Of a DNA stretch of 20,000 nucleotides, positions 1 to 9,118 are shown piece by piece. Numbering within the stretch: the stretch's first letter is position 1; each line of letters starts with the position of its first letter. A program made the position numbers and the translations under genes. The stretch lies in IMG/VR virus record IMGVR_UViG_3300028048_000070, positions 115,786-135,785 of that record; one strand, 5' to 3'. Below the pieces are notes generated by a model. The model was not told the origin of the DNA and ran no database searches. It saw only the letters and a list, made by a program, of their open reading frames with translations. The stretch comes from an uncultured virus (IMG/VR IMGVR_UViG_3300028048_000070). Taxonomy: Duplodnaviria > Heunggongvirae > Uroviricota > Caudoviricetes.

Positions 1-2
1 CT

Positions 3-3000
3 GCTATAGTTAAAGATGATATTACATCATTGGGCATTTCTGCTACTGATACTACTTATGCAGCATTTACATCGGCCGATGCTGGTTTAGTACCTGCCGC
101 TAAAAGTGGTACTACTAATTATGCTACATCTGCATATGTTCTTACTGGAGCTGGATGGGCTGCTGGTACTAAGTATAATACTGATACTAATACTACTTAT
201 GCTGCTGTTACAGGATCTGCAAATGGTCTTATGACCAGTACTGATAAGACTAAATTAGATTCTATTGATACTTCTGCTAATAATTATACTCATCCTACTT
301 ATACATCTGCAGCATCTGCATTAAGAAAGTTTACTGTAGATGGAACTGGACATGTATCTGCTACTGCAGCAGTAGCTAAAGCTGATATTACTGAATTAGG
401 AATACCAGCACAAGATACTACTTATGCTGCATTTACTTCTTCTGCAGATGGTTTGGTTCCTGCAGCTAAAAATGGTACTACTAATTATGCTACTAGTGGC
501 TATGTATTAACAGGTGCAGGTTGGAAAGCTGGTACTAAGTATAATACTGATAATAATACTACTTATGCTGCTGTCACTACTGCTGCAAATGGTCTTATGA
601 CTAGTACTGATAAATCTAAGTTAGATGGTATTGCTGCAGGTGCTCAGGTTAATAGCATAACTGGTGTTAAAGGTAATGCTGAAACTAATTATAGAACTGG
701 TAATGTGAATATTACTCCTGCTAATATCGGTGCTATTCCTTCTAGCTATATTGGTGCTAATAATGGTGTAGCTCCATTAAATGCTTCTGGATTAATTGAT
801 TCTACTTATTTACCTGCTTATGTAGATGATGTTCTTGAATTCAATGGTACTGCTGCATTTCCAACTAGTGGTACTGCTGGAATTATTTATGTAGATACAT
901 CACAGCAGGAAAATAATATTTATAGATGGTCTGGAACAACTTATGTTGTTTTAGCTAAAAATACTGATACAACTTATACACTTACTAAAACCGGTAATAA
1001 TATTAAACTTACTGGTAGCAATGGCTATACTGGTGAAGTAACTGATACTACTTATGCTGCTGTTACTACTGGTACTAATGGTCTTATGACATCTACAGAT
1101 AAGACTAAATTAGATTCTATTGCTGCATCTGCTAATAACTATACTCATCCTACTTATACTAGTGCTGCATCTGCATTAAGAAAGTTTACTGTAGATGAAA
1201 CCGGTCATGTATCTGCTACTGCAGCTGTTGCTAAAGCAGATATTACTGGACTTGGTATTCCTGCACAAGATACTACTTATGCAGCATTTACTTCTATAGC
1301 AAATGGTCTTGTTCCTGCTGCAAAGAATGGTACTACTAACTATGCTACTACTGGTTATGTATTAACTGGAGCTGGATGGCAAGCAGGTACTAAGTACAAT
1401 GTAGATAATAATACTACATATGCAGCTGTTACTACTGCTGTAAATGGTCTTATGACATCTACAGATAAGACTAAGTTAGATGGTATAGCAGATAATGCTA
1501 ATAATTATACTCATCCTACTTATACATCTGCAGCATCTGGACTTTATAAAGTAGCAGTGGATGGAACTGGACATGTAAGTGGTGCTACTGCTGTTGAAAA
1601 AACTGATATTACTAATTTAGGTATTCCGGCACAGGATACTACTTATGCAGCATTTACATCTGCAGCTAATGGGCTTGTTCCTGCTGCTAAAAATGGATCT
1701 ACATCTTACTTAACTTCTGCATATGTATTAACTGGTGCAGGTTGGAAAGCTGGTACTAAGTATAATACTGATACTACTTATGCAGCAGTATCAGGATCTG
1801 CTAATGGTCTTATGACATCTACTGATAAGACTAAGTTAGATTCTATTGATACTTCTGCTAATAACTATACTCATCCTACTTATACATCTGCTGCTAGTGC
1901 TCTTAGAAAGTTTACTGTAGATGGTACTGGACATGTATCTGCTACTGCTGCTGTTGCAAAAGCAGATATTACTGGATTAGGTATTCCAGGTAGTGATACT
2001 ACTTATGCTAATTTTGGTTCTGGATCTGCTGGTTTAGTACCTGCTCCTACTACAGACCAAGCTACTAGTGGATATGTTCTTACTGGTACAGGTTGGGCTG
2101 CTGGTACTAAGTATAATACCGATACTACATATGCTACATTTACTAGTGCAGCTAATGGTTTAGTACCTGCAGCTAAGTCTGGATCTACCTCTTACTTAAC
2201 TTCTGCGTATGTTCTTACTGGTGCAGGTTGGAAAGCAGGTACTAAGTATAATACAGATACTAATACTACTTATGCTGCTGTCACTACTGGTGCAGATGGA
2301 TTAATGACCAGTACTGATAAATCTAAATTAGATGGTATAGCAGATAATGCTAATAATTATACTCATCCTAGCTATACATCTGCAGCATCTGGACTTTATA
2401 AAGTAGCAGTGGATGGAACTGGACATGTAAGTGGTGCTACTGCTATAGTTAAAGATGATATTACTGGATTAGGTATTCCTGCACAAGATACTACTTATGC
2501 TACATTTACTAGTGCAGCTAATGGTTTAGTACCTGCAGCTAAGTCTGGTACTACTAATTATGCTACATCTGCATATGTATTAACAGGTGCAGGTTGGAAA
2601 GCTGGTACTAAGTATAATGTAGATAATAATACTACATATGCAGCTGTCACTACCGCTGCAGATGGTCTTATGACATCTACAGATAAGACTAAATTAGATG
2701 CAATAGCAGCTAGTGCTAATAACTATACTCATCCTACTTATACATCTGCAGCATCTGCATTAAGAAAGTTTACTGTAGATGGAACTGGACATGTATCTGC
2801 TACTGCTGCAGTAGCTAAAGCAGACATTACTGGACTTGGTATTCCGGGTAGTGATACTACTTATGCTAATTTTACATCTGCAGCTAGCGGACTTGTTCCT
2901 GCAGCTAAGAATGGTACTACCAATTATGCTACATCTGCATATGTATTAACAGGTGCAGGTTGGGCTTCTGGTACTAAATATAATACTGATACTACATATG

Positions 3001-4160
3001 CTAATTTCGGTTCTGGATCTGCTGGTTTAGTACCTGCTCCTACTACAGACCAAGCTACTAGTGGATATGTATTAACAGGAGCTGGATGGCAAGCAGGTAC
3101 TAAGTATAATACTGATACTAATACTACTTATGCAACATTTACATCTGCAGCTAATGGTTTAGTTCCTGCAGCTAAATCTGGTACTACTAACTTAGCTACC
3201 ACTGGTTATGTATTAACAGGTGCAGGATGGCAAGCAGGTACTAAGTATAATGTAGATAATAATACTACTTATGCTGCTGTTACTACTGCTGCAAATGGTC
3301 TTATGACTAGTACTGATAAATCTAAATTAGATGGTATAGCAGATAATGCTAATAATTATACTCATCCTACTTATACATCTGCAGCATCTGGACTTTATAA
3401 AGTAGCAGTGGATGGAACTGGACATGTAAGTGGTGCTACTGCTGTATCTCAGAGTGATATTACTGGATTAGGTATTGCTTCCAATTCCACATTTACATCT
3501 GCAGCTAATGGTCTTGTTCCTGCTGCTAAGTCTGGTACTACCAATTATGCTACTACAGGTTATGTATTAACTGGAGCTGGTTGGGCTGCTGGTACTAAGT
3601 ATAATACTGATAATAATACTACTTATGCTACATTTACTTCTGCAGCTAATGGTTTAGTACCTGCTGCAAAAAATGGATCTACTTCTTACTTAACTTCTGC
3701 ATATGTATTAACTGGAGCTGGTTGGCAATCTGGTACTAAGTATAATACTGATACTACTTATGCTAATTTCGGTTCTGGATCTGCTGGTTTAGTACCTGCT
3801 CCTACTACAGACCAAGCTACTAGTGGATATGTTCTTACTGGTACAGGTTGGGCTGCTGGAGCCAAGTATAATACTGATACTACTTATGCTAATTTCGGTT
3901 CTGGATCTGCTGGTTTAGTACCTGCTCCTACTACAACCCAGGCTACTAGTGGTTATGTATTAACGGGTACAGGTTGGGCTGCTGGAGCCAAGTATAATAC
4001 TGATACTACTTATGCAACATTTACATCTGCAGCTAATGGTTTAGTACCTGCAGCTAAGTCTGGTACTACTAGCTGGGCTACTACTGGTTATGTATTAACT
4101 GGAGCTGGATGGCAAGCAGGTACTAAGTATAATACTGATACTAATACTACTTATGCTGCT
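3..4160 (+). repeat. Intragenic modular repeat array (modules A, A', B, C)
   Basis: In the translation I count 11 A, 4 A', 8 B and 7 full C modules. Some copies are nucleotide-identical, e.g. 1476-1594 = 3327-3445 (119 nt). Confidence 0.95.
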
Positions 4161-4229
4161 GCTACTACTGCTGCTGCTGGACTTACTAAAGCTTCATATG
4201 TTGATGGAACTACACTTTATGTATTCTAA
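3..4229 (+). CDS. Giant repetitive tail fibre / virion surface protein (5'-truncated)
   Basis: The frame is open from the window edge (AIVKDDITSLGIS..., the end of a repeat module), so the TTG at 30 is not the real start. It is T/A/G/S-rich and built from repeated modules: DTTYAAFTSAANGLVPAAK...GWKAGTKYN, GLMTSTDKTKLDGIA and ANNYTHP...VDGTGHVS...DITGLGIP. It also has one unique domain (GVAPLNASGLIDSTYLPAYVDDVLEF...IYVDT...IYRWSGTTYV) of the type seen in phage fibre proteins. It lies near the sheath and tube genes. Confidence 0.75.
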   Translation, partial: AIVKDDITSLGISATDTTYAAFTSADAGLVPAAKSGTTNYATSAYVLTGAGWAAGTKYNTDTNTTYAAVTGSANGLMTSTDKTKLDSIDTSANNYTHPTYTSAASALRKFTVDGTGHVSATAAVAKADITELGIPAQDTTYAAFTSSADGLVPAAKNGTTNYATSGYVLTGAGWKAGTKYNTDNNTTYAAVTTAANGLMTSTDKSKLDGIAAGAQVNSITGVKGNAETNYRTGNVNITPANIGAIPSSYIGANNGVAPLNASGLIDSTYLPAYVDDVLEFNGTAAFPTSGTAGIIYVDTSQQENNIYRWSGTTYVVLAKNTDTTYTLTKTGNNIKLTGSNGYTGEVTDTTYAAVTTGTNGLMTSTDKTKLDSIAASANNYTHPTYTSAASALRKFTVDETGHVSATAAVAKADITGLGIPAQDTTYAAFTSIANGLVPAAKNGTTNYATTGYVLTGAGWQAGTKYNVDNNTTYAAVTTAVNGLMTSTDKTKLDGIADNANNYTHPTYTSAASGLYKVAVDGTGHVSGATAVEKTDITNLGIPAQDTTYAAFTSAANGLVPAAKNGSTSYLTSAYVLTGAGWKAGTKYNTDTTYAAVSGSANGLMTSTDKTKLDSIDTSANNYTHPTYTSAASALRKFTVDGTGHVSATAAVAKADITGLGIPGSDTTYANFGSGSAGLVPAPTTDQATSGYVLTGTGWAAGTKYNTDTTYATFTSAANGLVPAAKSGSTSYLTSAYVLTGAGWKAGTKYNTDTNTTYAAVTTGADGLMTSTDKSKLDGIADNANNYTHPSYTSAASGLYKVAVDGTGHVSGATAIVKDDITGLGIPAQDTTYATFTSAANGLVPAAKSGTTNYATSAYVLTGAGWKAGTKYNVDNNTTYAAVTTAADGLMTSTDKTKLDAIAASANNYTHPTYTSAASALRKFTVDGTGHVSATAAVAKADITGLGIPGSDTTYANFTSAASGLVPAAKNGTTNYATSAYVLTGAGWASGTKYNTDTTYANFGSGSAGLVPAPTTDQATSGYVLTGAGWQAGTKYNTDTNTTYATFTSAANGLVPAAKSGTTNLATTGYVLTGAGWQAGTKYNVDNNTTYAAVTTAANGLMTSTDKSKLDGIADNANNYTHPTYTSAASGLYKVAVDGTGHVSGATAVSQSDITGLGIASNSTFTSAANGLVPAAKSGTTNYATTGYVLTGAGWAAGTKYNTDNNTTYATFTSAANGLVPAAKNGSTSYLTSAYVLTGAGWQSGTKYNTDTTYANFGSGSAGLVPAPTTDQATSGYVLTGTGWAAGAKYNTDTTYANFGSGSAGLVPAPTTTQATSGYVLTGTGWAAGAKYNTDTTYATFTSAANGLVPAAKSGTTSWATTGYVLTGAGWQAGTKYNTDTNTTYAAATTAAAGLTKASYVDGTTLYVF

Positions 4230-4272
4230 TTATTTTTAAATTTCATAGCATTATTTTTAACTAAATATATTA

Positions 4273-4306
4273 GAGAGGAGGAAATTACTCCTCCTCTCCT
4301 TTATTT
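4273..4306 (+). terminator. Intrinsic terminator after the fibre gene
   Basis: GAGAGGAGGA-aattac-TCCTCCTCTC 10-bp stem followed by CTTTATTT. Confidence 0.7.
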
Positions 4307-4310
4307 AGAA

Positions 4311-4322
4311 AACTTTAAATTA
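4311..4322 (+). promoter_or_regulatory. Putative late promoter AACT-N6-TA
   Basis: AACT-TTAAAT-TA about 30 nt upstream of the 4351 start. The same spacing recurs before four other core genes. Confidence 0.45.
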
Positions 4323-4350
4323 ATAATGTTATGAAAGGATAGTCAGATAA

Positions 4351-4878
4351 ATGGGACTCATAACTACAGATGATCAATACTACTCTGATATTGCTGATGC
4401 TATTAGAGAAGTTAATAATGATAATGAAACTACATATACTCCCTCTTTAATGGCAGGTGCTATAAGAAATTTAGGATCTGTTAAGGGGGTTAAAGGTGAT
4501 ACTGAAGAAGATTATAGAACTGGTTATGTAAATATTACAGCTACTGATATTGGAGCTCTTCCATCTACTGCTGTTGCAACTTCTGCTGAAAAAGATTCAT
4601 CTGGTAATATTATTTCTACTTATTATGAACCTAAAACTAATGTTACATCAAAAGGTGATGCTACATTACCTGTTTATTTTGATGCAAATGGAGTAGCTAT
4701 TCCTATTTCATCTTATGGAGGAAATTCTGCAACAGCAGATAAGTTACATTCTGCTGTTAGTATAACAGTAGGTGGAGCTACTAAATCAATAGATGGTTCA
4801 CAGAATGTAGAATTTAAAAAATCTGAAATTGGATATATTACAGCTGAAGTTGATGGGGAAACATTAGTATTAAAATAA
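4351..4878 (+). CDS. Small tail-fibre-associated protein
   Basis: AAGGA RBS. N-terminal SDIADAIRE...YTPSLMAGAI motif. It shares GVKG-x-x-E-x-x-YRTG-x-VNIT-x-x-x-IGA and a terminal VDG-x-TL with the upstream fibre protein. Confidence 0.65.
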   Translation: MGLITTDDQYYSDIADAIREVNNDNETTYTPSLMAGAIRNLGSVKGVKGDTEEDYRTGYVNITATDIGALPSTAVATSAEKDSSGNIISTYYEPKTNVTSKGDATLPVYFDANGVAIPISSYGGNSATADKLHSAVSITVGGATKSIDGSQNVEFKKSEIGYITAEVDGETLVLK

Positions 4879-4897
4879 GTTTATTTTTATAAATTAT

Positions 4898-4909
4898 AAC
4901 TCCATAATA
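4898..4909 (+). promoter_or_regulatory. Putative late promoter AACT-N6-TA
   Basis: AACT-CCATAA-TA upstream of the GGAGG RBS of the 4939 gene. Confidence 0.45.
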
Positions 4910-4938
4910 ATACCTATATTTGGAGGTAGTATTTTGGT

Positions 4939-5715
4939 ATGATTGAATTTAAATATTTAGATATACCACCTTTTAGTAAAAGAGAAGGGGACGCTCTTTT
5001 ATTTAATGAGGATGGCTATCTTGAATATTATATACCAGAAGAATATTTTGAGGGTGGTAAATCTACATCAGCAAGCATTCAAGGTTCTTATATAGAACTC
5101 TTTGGATCTTTCTGTTATAGAATCTACTCTAAAAATGGTACTCCTGGAAAACTAATGTCTTTTTCTTTTCCTACTAAGTTTATTTGTAAACCTAGATCCA
5201 TAGAAAAGAAAAAAGATATTGCTCTAGAAGAACATTTAGATGCTTCTAATTATAGGATTTTAAGATTTGAGAAAGGTGATCAACTCATTACAAGATGTCA
5301 TACAGAACAGAATATAGATAATGTATCTGAATTATTTAGATTACATATTCAAACGGGTAGAATTCCAAATAATCTTGACTATTCTTCTCTTTATAAATTT
5401 CCTTTTGAAAGTATGGAGTTAAACTCTAAAGGATATTCTGTTCATGCTCAAGCAATGGGTTTAATCTATTCAAAAATCTGTAGAGATCCTGAAGATATAT
5501 CTAAACCTTTTAGAATGTCTAAGACAATTGATAAACAAATGCATGGTTTTAAATCTATTTCTATTAAAGATGCAGCTAAATATGTATCTCCATTTGTTTC
5601 TCTTACATCTGAGAATTTGGATGAATCTATAATGTCTGCTGTTTTATTATCTGAAGATGAGAAGAATGGTAAGAGACATAAAGAAAGTCCATTAGAGAGA
5701 GTTCTTATGATGTAA
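4939..5715 (+). CDS. Probable phage multisubunit RNA polymerase beta' C-terminal fragment (virion RNAP subunit?)
   Basis: GGAGG RBS. The C-terminal half (SVHAQAMGLIYSKICRD...SISIKDAAKYVSPFVSLTSENLDESIMSAVL...ESPLERVLM) aligns by eye with the bacterial beta' C-terminal region (INDKHIEVIVRQMLR...[32 protein letters not shown]...LRGLKENVIVG). The ORF is solid and the product call is tentative. Confidence 0.5.
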   Translation: MIEFKYLDIPPFSKREGDALLFNEDGYLEYYIPEEYFEGGKSTSASIQGSYIELFGSFCYRIYSKNGTPGKLMSFSFPTKFICKPRSIEKKKDIALEEHLDASNYRILRFEKGDQLITRCHTEQNIDNVSELFRLHIQTGRIPNNLDYSSLYKFPFESMELNSKGYSVHAQAMGLIYSKICRDPEDISKPFRMSKTIDKQMHGFKSISIKDAAKYVSPFVSLTSENLDESIMSAVLLSEDEKNGKRHKESPLERVLMM

Positions 5716-5799
5716 TTAAATATATACGAGAAAAGAAAAAATAAAATATTATTAATATTATTGATAAATGATTTCTATACTTAAAGGAGGATACAGCTT

Positions 5800-7668
5800 A
5801 TGTATGCTGGAACCAAAGTAAATTGGCATGAAGTGCTGATGAGCGATGCAGTTACAGAAAGTAATAATGAATCGCTTCCTCTGTTTCTTTGTGTCTTTTC
5901 AGCAGATAAGGGTACCGAAGAAATCACCGATTTCACTTATACAGACTTTAAGAAAATGTATGGAAATAATGCTGATTTCTTTAAGCATGGTCAGCCTTTA
6001 ATCCAAGCTCATAAGATTCTGGCTGCTGGAGGTAGAGTTCTTGGTAAGAGACTTGTTGCTGAGGATGCTACTCTTGCTAACCTTGTCATTCTTGCAGAAA
6101 TTGTTGTTACTGAAGCTTCTGGCGAAGGTCAGGATGCTACTCCTAGATCAGTAAAAGTTAAATTTACTAAGCAGAAAATTGAGAATGCTGCTACTTTTGA
6201 TCAGGTTATGGGTGCAGCTGAGGCTCTTGAAACTACTACCAAGTTCCCTCTGTTTGTAATCTGTGATAATGGTAGAGGTATGTCTTATAAGAACGTCAGA
6301 ATTGCACCTGATTATGATGGCTCTAAGACTCTTGATTTTATGCTTTATACTATTCAGGACATTGAAGGGGTAACTACTGTAGATTCCGGTAGATTCTCTC
6401 TTAATCCTGATGCTATTACTTATAATTATACTACTAAAAAGAATATGGCTCTTCAGAAGTCTACTATTGGTCAGCTTCATGCTGCTTACTGCAAAGAATC
6501 TTTCCAGAACTTTGTTGATAAGCTTGCTACAGAAGCTGGTTATACTATCACTACTGATGGTGTAACTACTATTGATTATGATACTTTCTATAATCTTGAT
6601 ATTCTGAATGGTAAGGATAAGAAGGGTAATTCTCTTACTACATTTACTGTAGACTTTAGTGGTGCTGATGGTATTGATATGTCTTCTACTTATGGATATA
6701 CTCTTAAAGGTGGAGACAATGGTTCATTTGGTGATGCTCCATTCCCTGGTGAAAATGGTGCTACTGATGCCTGGATTACTGCTGCCACAGCATTTCTGAG
6801 TGCAGAAGATCCTAACTTCTTCTATTCTTATGATGAGATCTATGATCTTGATTATCATAAGATTGATTTCTGTGTAGATGCAAACTATCCTGATGAAGTT
6901 AAGAGTCTTATTGTTGATCTTGCTGCATTTAGAGAAGATTTCTTCTACTTTAGAGATCTTGGCCTTGAACCTGATAATATTGATGAAGTTATCAATAAGA
7001 TTACTTCTAGTGATTGGGTCCATAGTCCGTTTGTTGGTGACTATATGACTACTTATGATATTATTGATGACTTCTCTAAGAAGCAGGTTAAGGTTACAAT
7101 GCTTCATGGTATTGCCCCTCTTCTTGTATCTCATTATATGAATAACCCGAATGCTCCTATTGCTGGAGAATTCAATAACTTCATTATCACTGAAATGGTT
7201 GGTAATACTTTGAATATTATTCCTCGTATTACTCCTAGCAGAGATATGAAGACTGAACTTGATGACCTGAGAGTAAACTATGCTAACTATTCCTCTGATG
7301 ATGGTATTGTTAGTGTTCAGTCCACTTATACTTCTCAGGATCATTGGGGTCCTCTTAGCTTCTCTTCTAATGTCATTATCACTCAGATGTGTATCAAGGA
7401 TATTAGAAGGTATACTCCGAAGATCAGATTCATGCTTATGGATGGAAATGATTTTGCCCAGTATAAGAAGCTGATTCATGATAATGTTATTAGTTACTAT
7501 GAGAAGTACTTTAAGTCTATTGAGCTGATCTATACTCGTGATGATGTTATGACTGCTCAGAAGATCTTCAATGCTTCCCTGTATTGTTATTATAAGGACT
7601 TCCCGCAGGGTGAAATCTTTGATGTCTTTGCTATTGAAGGGTCCCCTGATTCGAATCCAGCATATTAA
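5800..7668 (+). CDS. Contractile tail sheath protein
   Basis: AAGGAGG RBS, 622 aa. Sheath-like features include N-terminal F-x-KMYG...HGQPL...L-x-AGG-x-V-x-x-KRLV, central LKGGDNGSFG, DANYP-x-EVK and C-terminal ELDDLRVNYA. It is directly followed by a tube-like gene. Confidence 0.85.
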   Translation: MYAGTKVNWHEVLMSDAVTESNNESLPLFLCVFSADKGTEEITDFTYTDFKKMYGNNADFFKHGQPLIQAHKILAAGGRVLGKRLVAEDATLANLVILAEIVVTEASGEGQDATPRSVKVKFTKQKIENAATFDQVMGAAEALETTTKFPLFVICDNGRGMSYKNVRIAPDYDGSKTLDFMLYTIQDIEGVTTVDSGRFSLNPDAITYNYTTKKNMALQKSTIGQLHAAYCKESFQNFVDKLATEAGYTITTDGVTTIDYDTFYNLDILNGKDKKGNSLTTFTVDFSGADGIDMSSTYGYTLKGGDNGSFGDAPFPGENGATDAWITAATAFLSAEDPNFFYSYDEIYDLDYHKIDFCVDANYPDEVKSLIVDLAAFREDFFYFRDLGLEPDNIDEVINKITSSDWVHSPFVGDYMTTYDIIDDFSKKQVKVTMLHGIAPLLVSHYMNNPNAPIAGEFNNFIITEMVGNTLNIIPRITPSRDMKTELDDLRVNYANYSSDDGIVSVQSTYTSQDHWGPLSFSSNVIITQMCIKDIRRYTPKIRFMLMDGNDFAQYKKLIHDNVISYYEKYFKSIELIYTRDDVMTAQKIFNASLYCYYKDFPQGEIFDVFAIEGSPDSNPAY

Positions 7669-7685
7669 TAAGGAGGAAGTAAAAT

Positions 7686-8612
7686 ATGGCTGCTGGTCTT
7701 AATTATATTAAGATGCCCAGAAGTGTTACAGAATACACTCTGATGAAAGGCGTTACTGATTTTTCCAATTTAAAGCAGTTTGATGTCTTTGAATCAGGTT
7801 ACTCCTTCCTTACTGTTGTTGGTGTTCCTGATTTTATGACTCAGCTTGCTAATAAGAATGCTGCAGTTAAGACTCTTCAGGATGGACTTGTCCATATCAT
7901 GGAAGGTGAATTTAGAGGTCTTTCTGGTATTCCTGATATTACTGCTGATGCTGGTACTATTTCTAATGGTACTAATGAGCTTATGATTATTAATAACGTA
8001 ACTATGGATACTTCCATTACTGTTGAAATGACATTCTGGGAGAGATCTGGTTCCCTTATTACTAATTATCTGCAGTATTATCTCACTGGTATTAAAGATC
8101 CTTATAGCAAGGCTAAGACTTATCATGGTCTTGTTGGTACTGTTTATAAAGATCCTGGTCCTCAGTATGAAGTATTTACTTTCTTGTATTATGTAACTGA
8201 TAATACTATGAGAAAAGTTGAGAGAGCTTATCTACTGGCTAATGCTCAGCCTACTATGGCTCCTAACTCTCAGCTGTATAACTCTACTAGAGGTACAATT
8301 GAATTCCAGGAAATCAATGTATCCTTCAACTGCTTCCCGATCATTGGTGACCAGGTCAATAAGTATGCATCTATGATGCTGCAGAATGATATCTCTCAGA
8401 CCAATGGTAGTCCGAGAAAGATTGTTCTTGATTTCAATGATTATGAATGGGCTGTTATGAAGGGTGGTTATAAGACTGATGGTACTGGTCAGACTAGAAA
8501 TGATGGTATTGTCGAGAATACTGGTCTTGTAAAAGACATTCTTGGTAATGCTAGTCTTGCAGGTACTGTTGCTGAAAAGTATAACCAGAATATGCCTCTT
8601 GGAAATGTCTAA
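7686..8612 (+). CDS. Tail tube protein
   Basis: AAGGAGG RBS, immediately after the sheath gene. Tube-like beta-rich pattern ITVEMTFWERSGS...YLTGIKDP...AYLLANAQP...FQEINVSFNC. Confidence 0.75.
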   Translation: MAAGLNYIKMPRSVTEYTLMKGVTDFSNLKQFDVFESGYSFLTVVGVPDFMTQLANKNAAVKTLQDGLVHIMEGEFRGLSGIPDITADAGTISNGTNELMIINNVTMDTSITVEMTFWERSGSLITNYLQYYLTGIKDPYSKAKTYHGLVGTVYKDPGPQYEVFTFLYYVTDNTMRKVERAYLLANAQPTMAPNSQLYNSTRGTIEFQEINVSFNCFPIIGDQVNKYASMMLQNDISQTNGSPRKIVLDFNDYEWAVMKGGYKTDGTGQTRNDGIVENTGLVKDILGNASLAGTVAEKYNQNMPLGNV

Positions 8613-8653
8613 AAAATAAAACTTAATATAAAAAATAAGATTATAAGAATTTA

Positions 8654-8678
8654 CCCCAGCAGGATTATCCTGCTGGGG
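8654..8678. terminator. Hairpin terminator between convergent genes
   Basis: Perfect 11-bp GC-rich stem CCCCAGCAGGA-tta-TCCTGCTGGGG. Confidence 0.75.
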
Positions 8679-8697
8679 ATTAATAATTTATATATTA

Positions 8698-8744
8698 AAG
8701 AATATAATTATATTATTAATCTTTAATAAGAATATAATTATATT
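8698..8744. repeat. 17-bp direct repeat with a palindromic core
   Basis: AAGAATATAATTATATT at 8698-8714 and 8728-8744. The core AATATAATTATATT is a perfect 14-bp palindrome. Confidence 0.8.
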
Positions 8745-8991
8745 CTCCTTTTTCTTGTACCATATCAAAATTAGTCTCTACTACTCCAGTTGAGGCTAAT
8801 TCATCAATGAGGCTTTTATAACCAGAACTATATAAAGATATTATTGTCACCCATCGAAATTTATTATATGTATTATTACAATACCGTCTTGAAAGATATT
8901 TTTTATTGAAATCATCAAAATCTTTAATTTCTACAATTCCTTCAAGAGATGGAGCTGTATCTTCCTGAACATGATATACTAAAAATGTCAT
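8716..8991 (-). CDS. Hypothetical protein (91 aa, accessory cassette)
   Basis: Purine-rich RBS (AGAAGGAAG) and the conserved upstream promoter module. Confidence 0.7.
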   Translation of the reverse strand: MTFLVYHVQEDTAPSLEGIVEIKDFDDFNKKYLSRRYCNNTYNKFRWVTIISLYSSGYKSLIDELASTGVVETNFDMVQEKGEYNYILIKD

Positions 8992-9042
8992 TTTCTTCCT
9001 TCTTTCTCTTATTTAACCCATAAGTGGGGTTTAATTTATTTT

Positions 9043-9118
9043 CATTATTATATTATATAATTAAAATTTTAACTTTTAAAATAAAAAAGAAAGCAGGTTA
9101 ATCTGCTTTCTTTTTTAT
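9043..9118 (-). promoter_or_regulatory. Terminator hairpin + early-type promoter module, copy 1
   Basis: 16-bp stem 9081-9096/9103-9118, then on the minus strand TTTTAATTATATAATATAATAATG. Confidence 0.65.

Noticed and set aside
3..4229. CRISPR array or diversity-generating retroelement in the repeat region
   Set aside because: The repeats are in-frame coding modules that differ mostly at synonymous sites. There are no unique spacers, no adenine-specific TR/VR pattern and no reverse transcriptase in the window.
6148..8126. Antisense and alternate-frame ORFs 6148-6480, 6724-7479, 7280-7474, 7794-8126
   Set aside because: They lie wholly inside the sheath and tube genes. Their Ile/Ser/Asn-rich translations are the expected shadow of strong T-ending codon bias, and I saw no convincing RBS.
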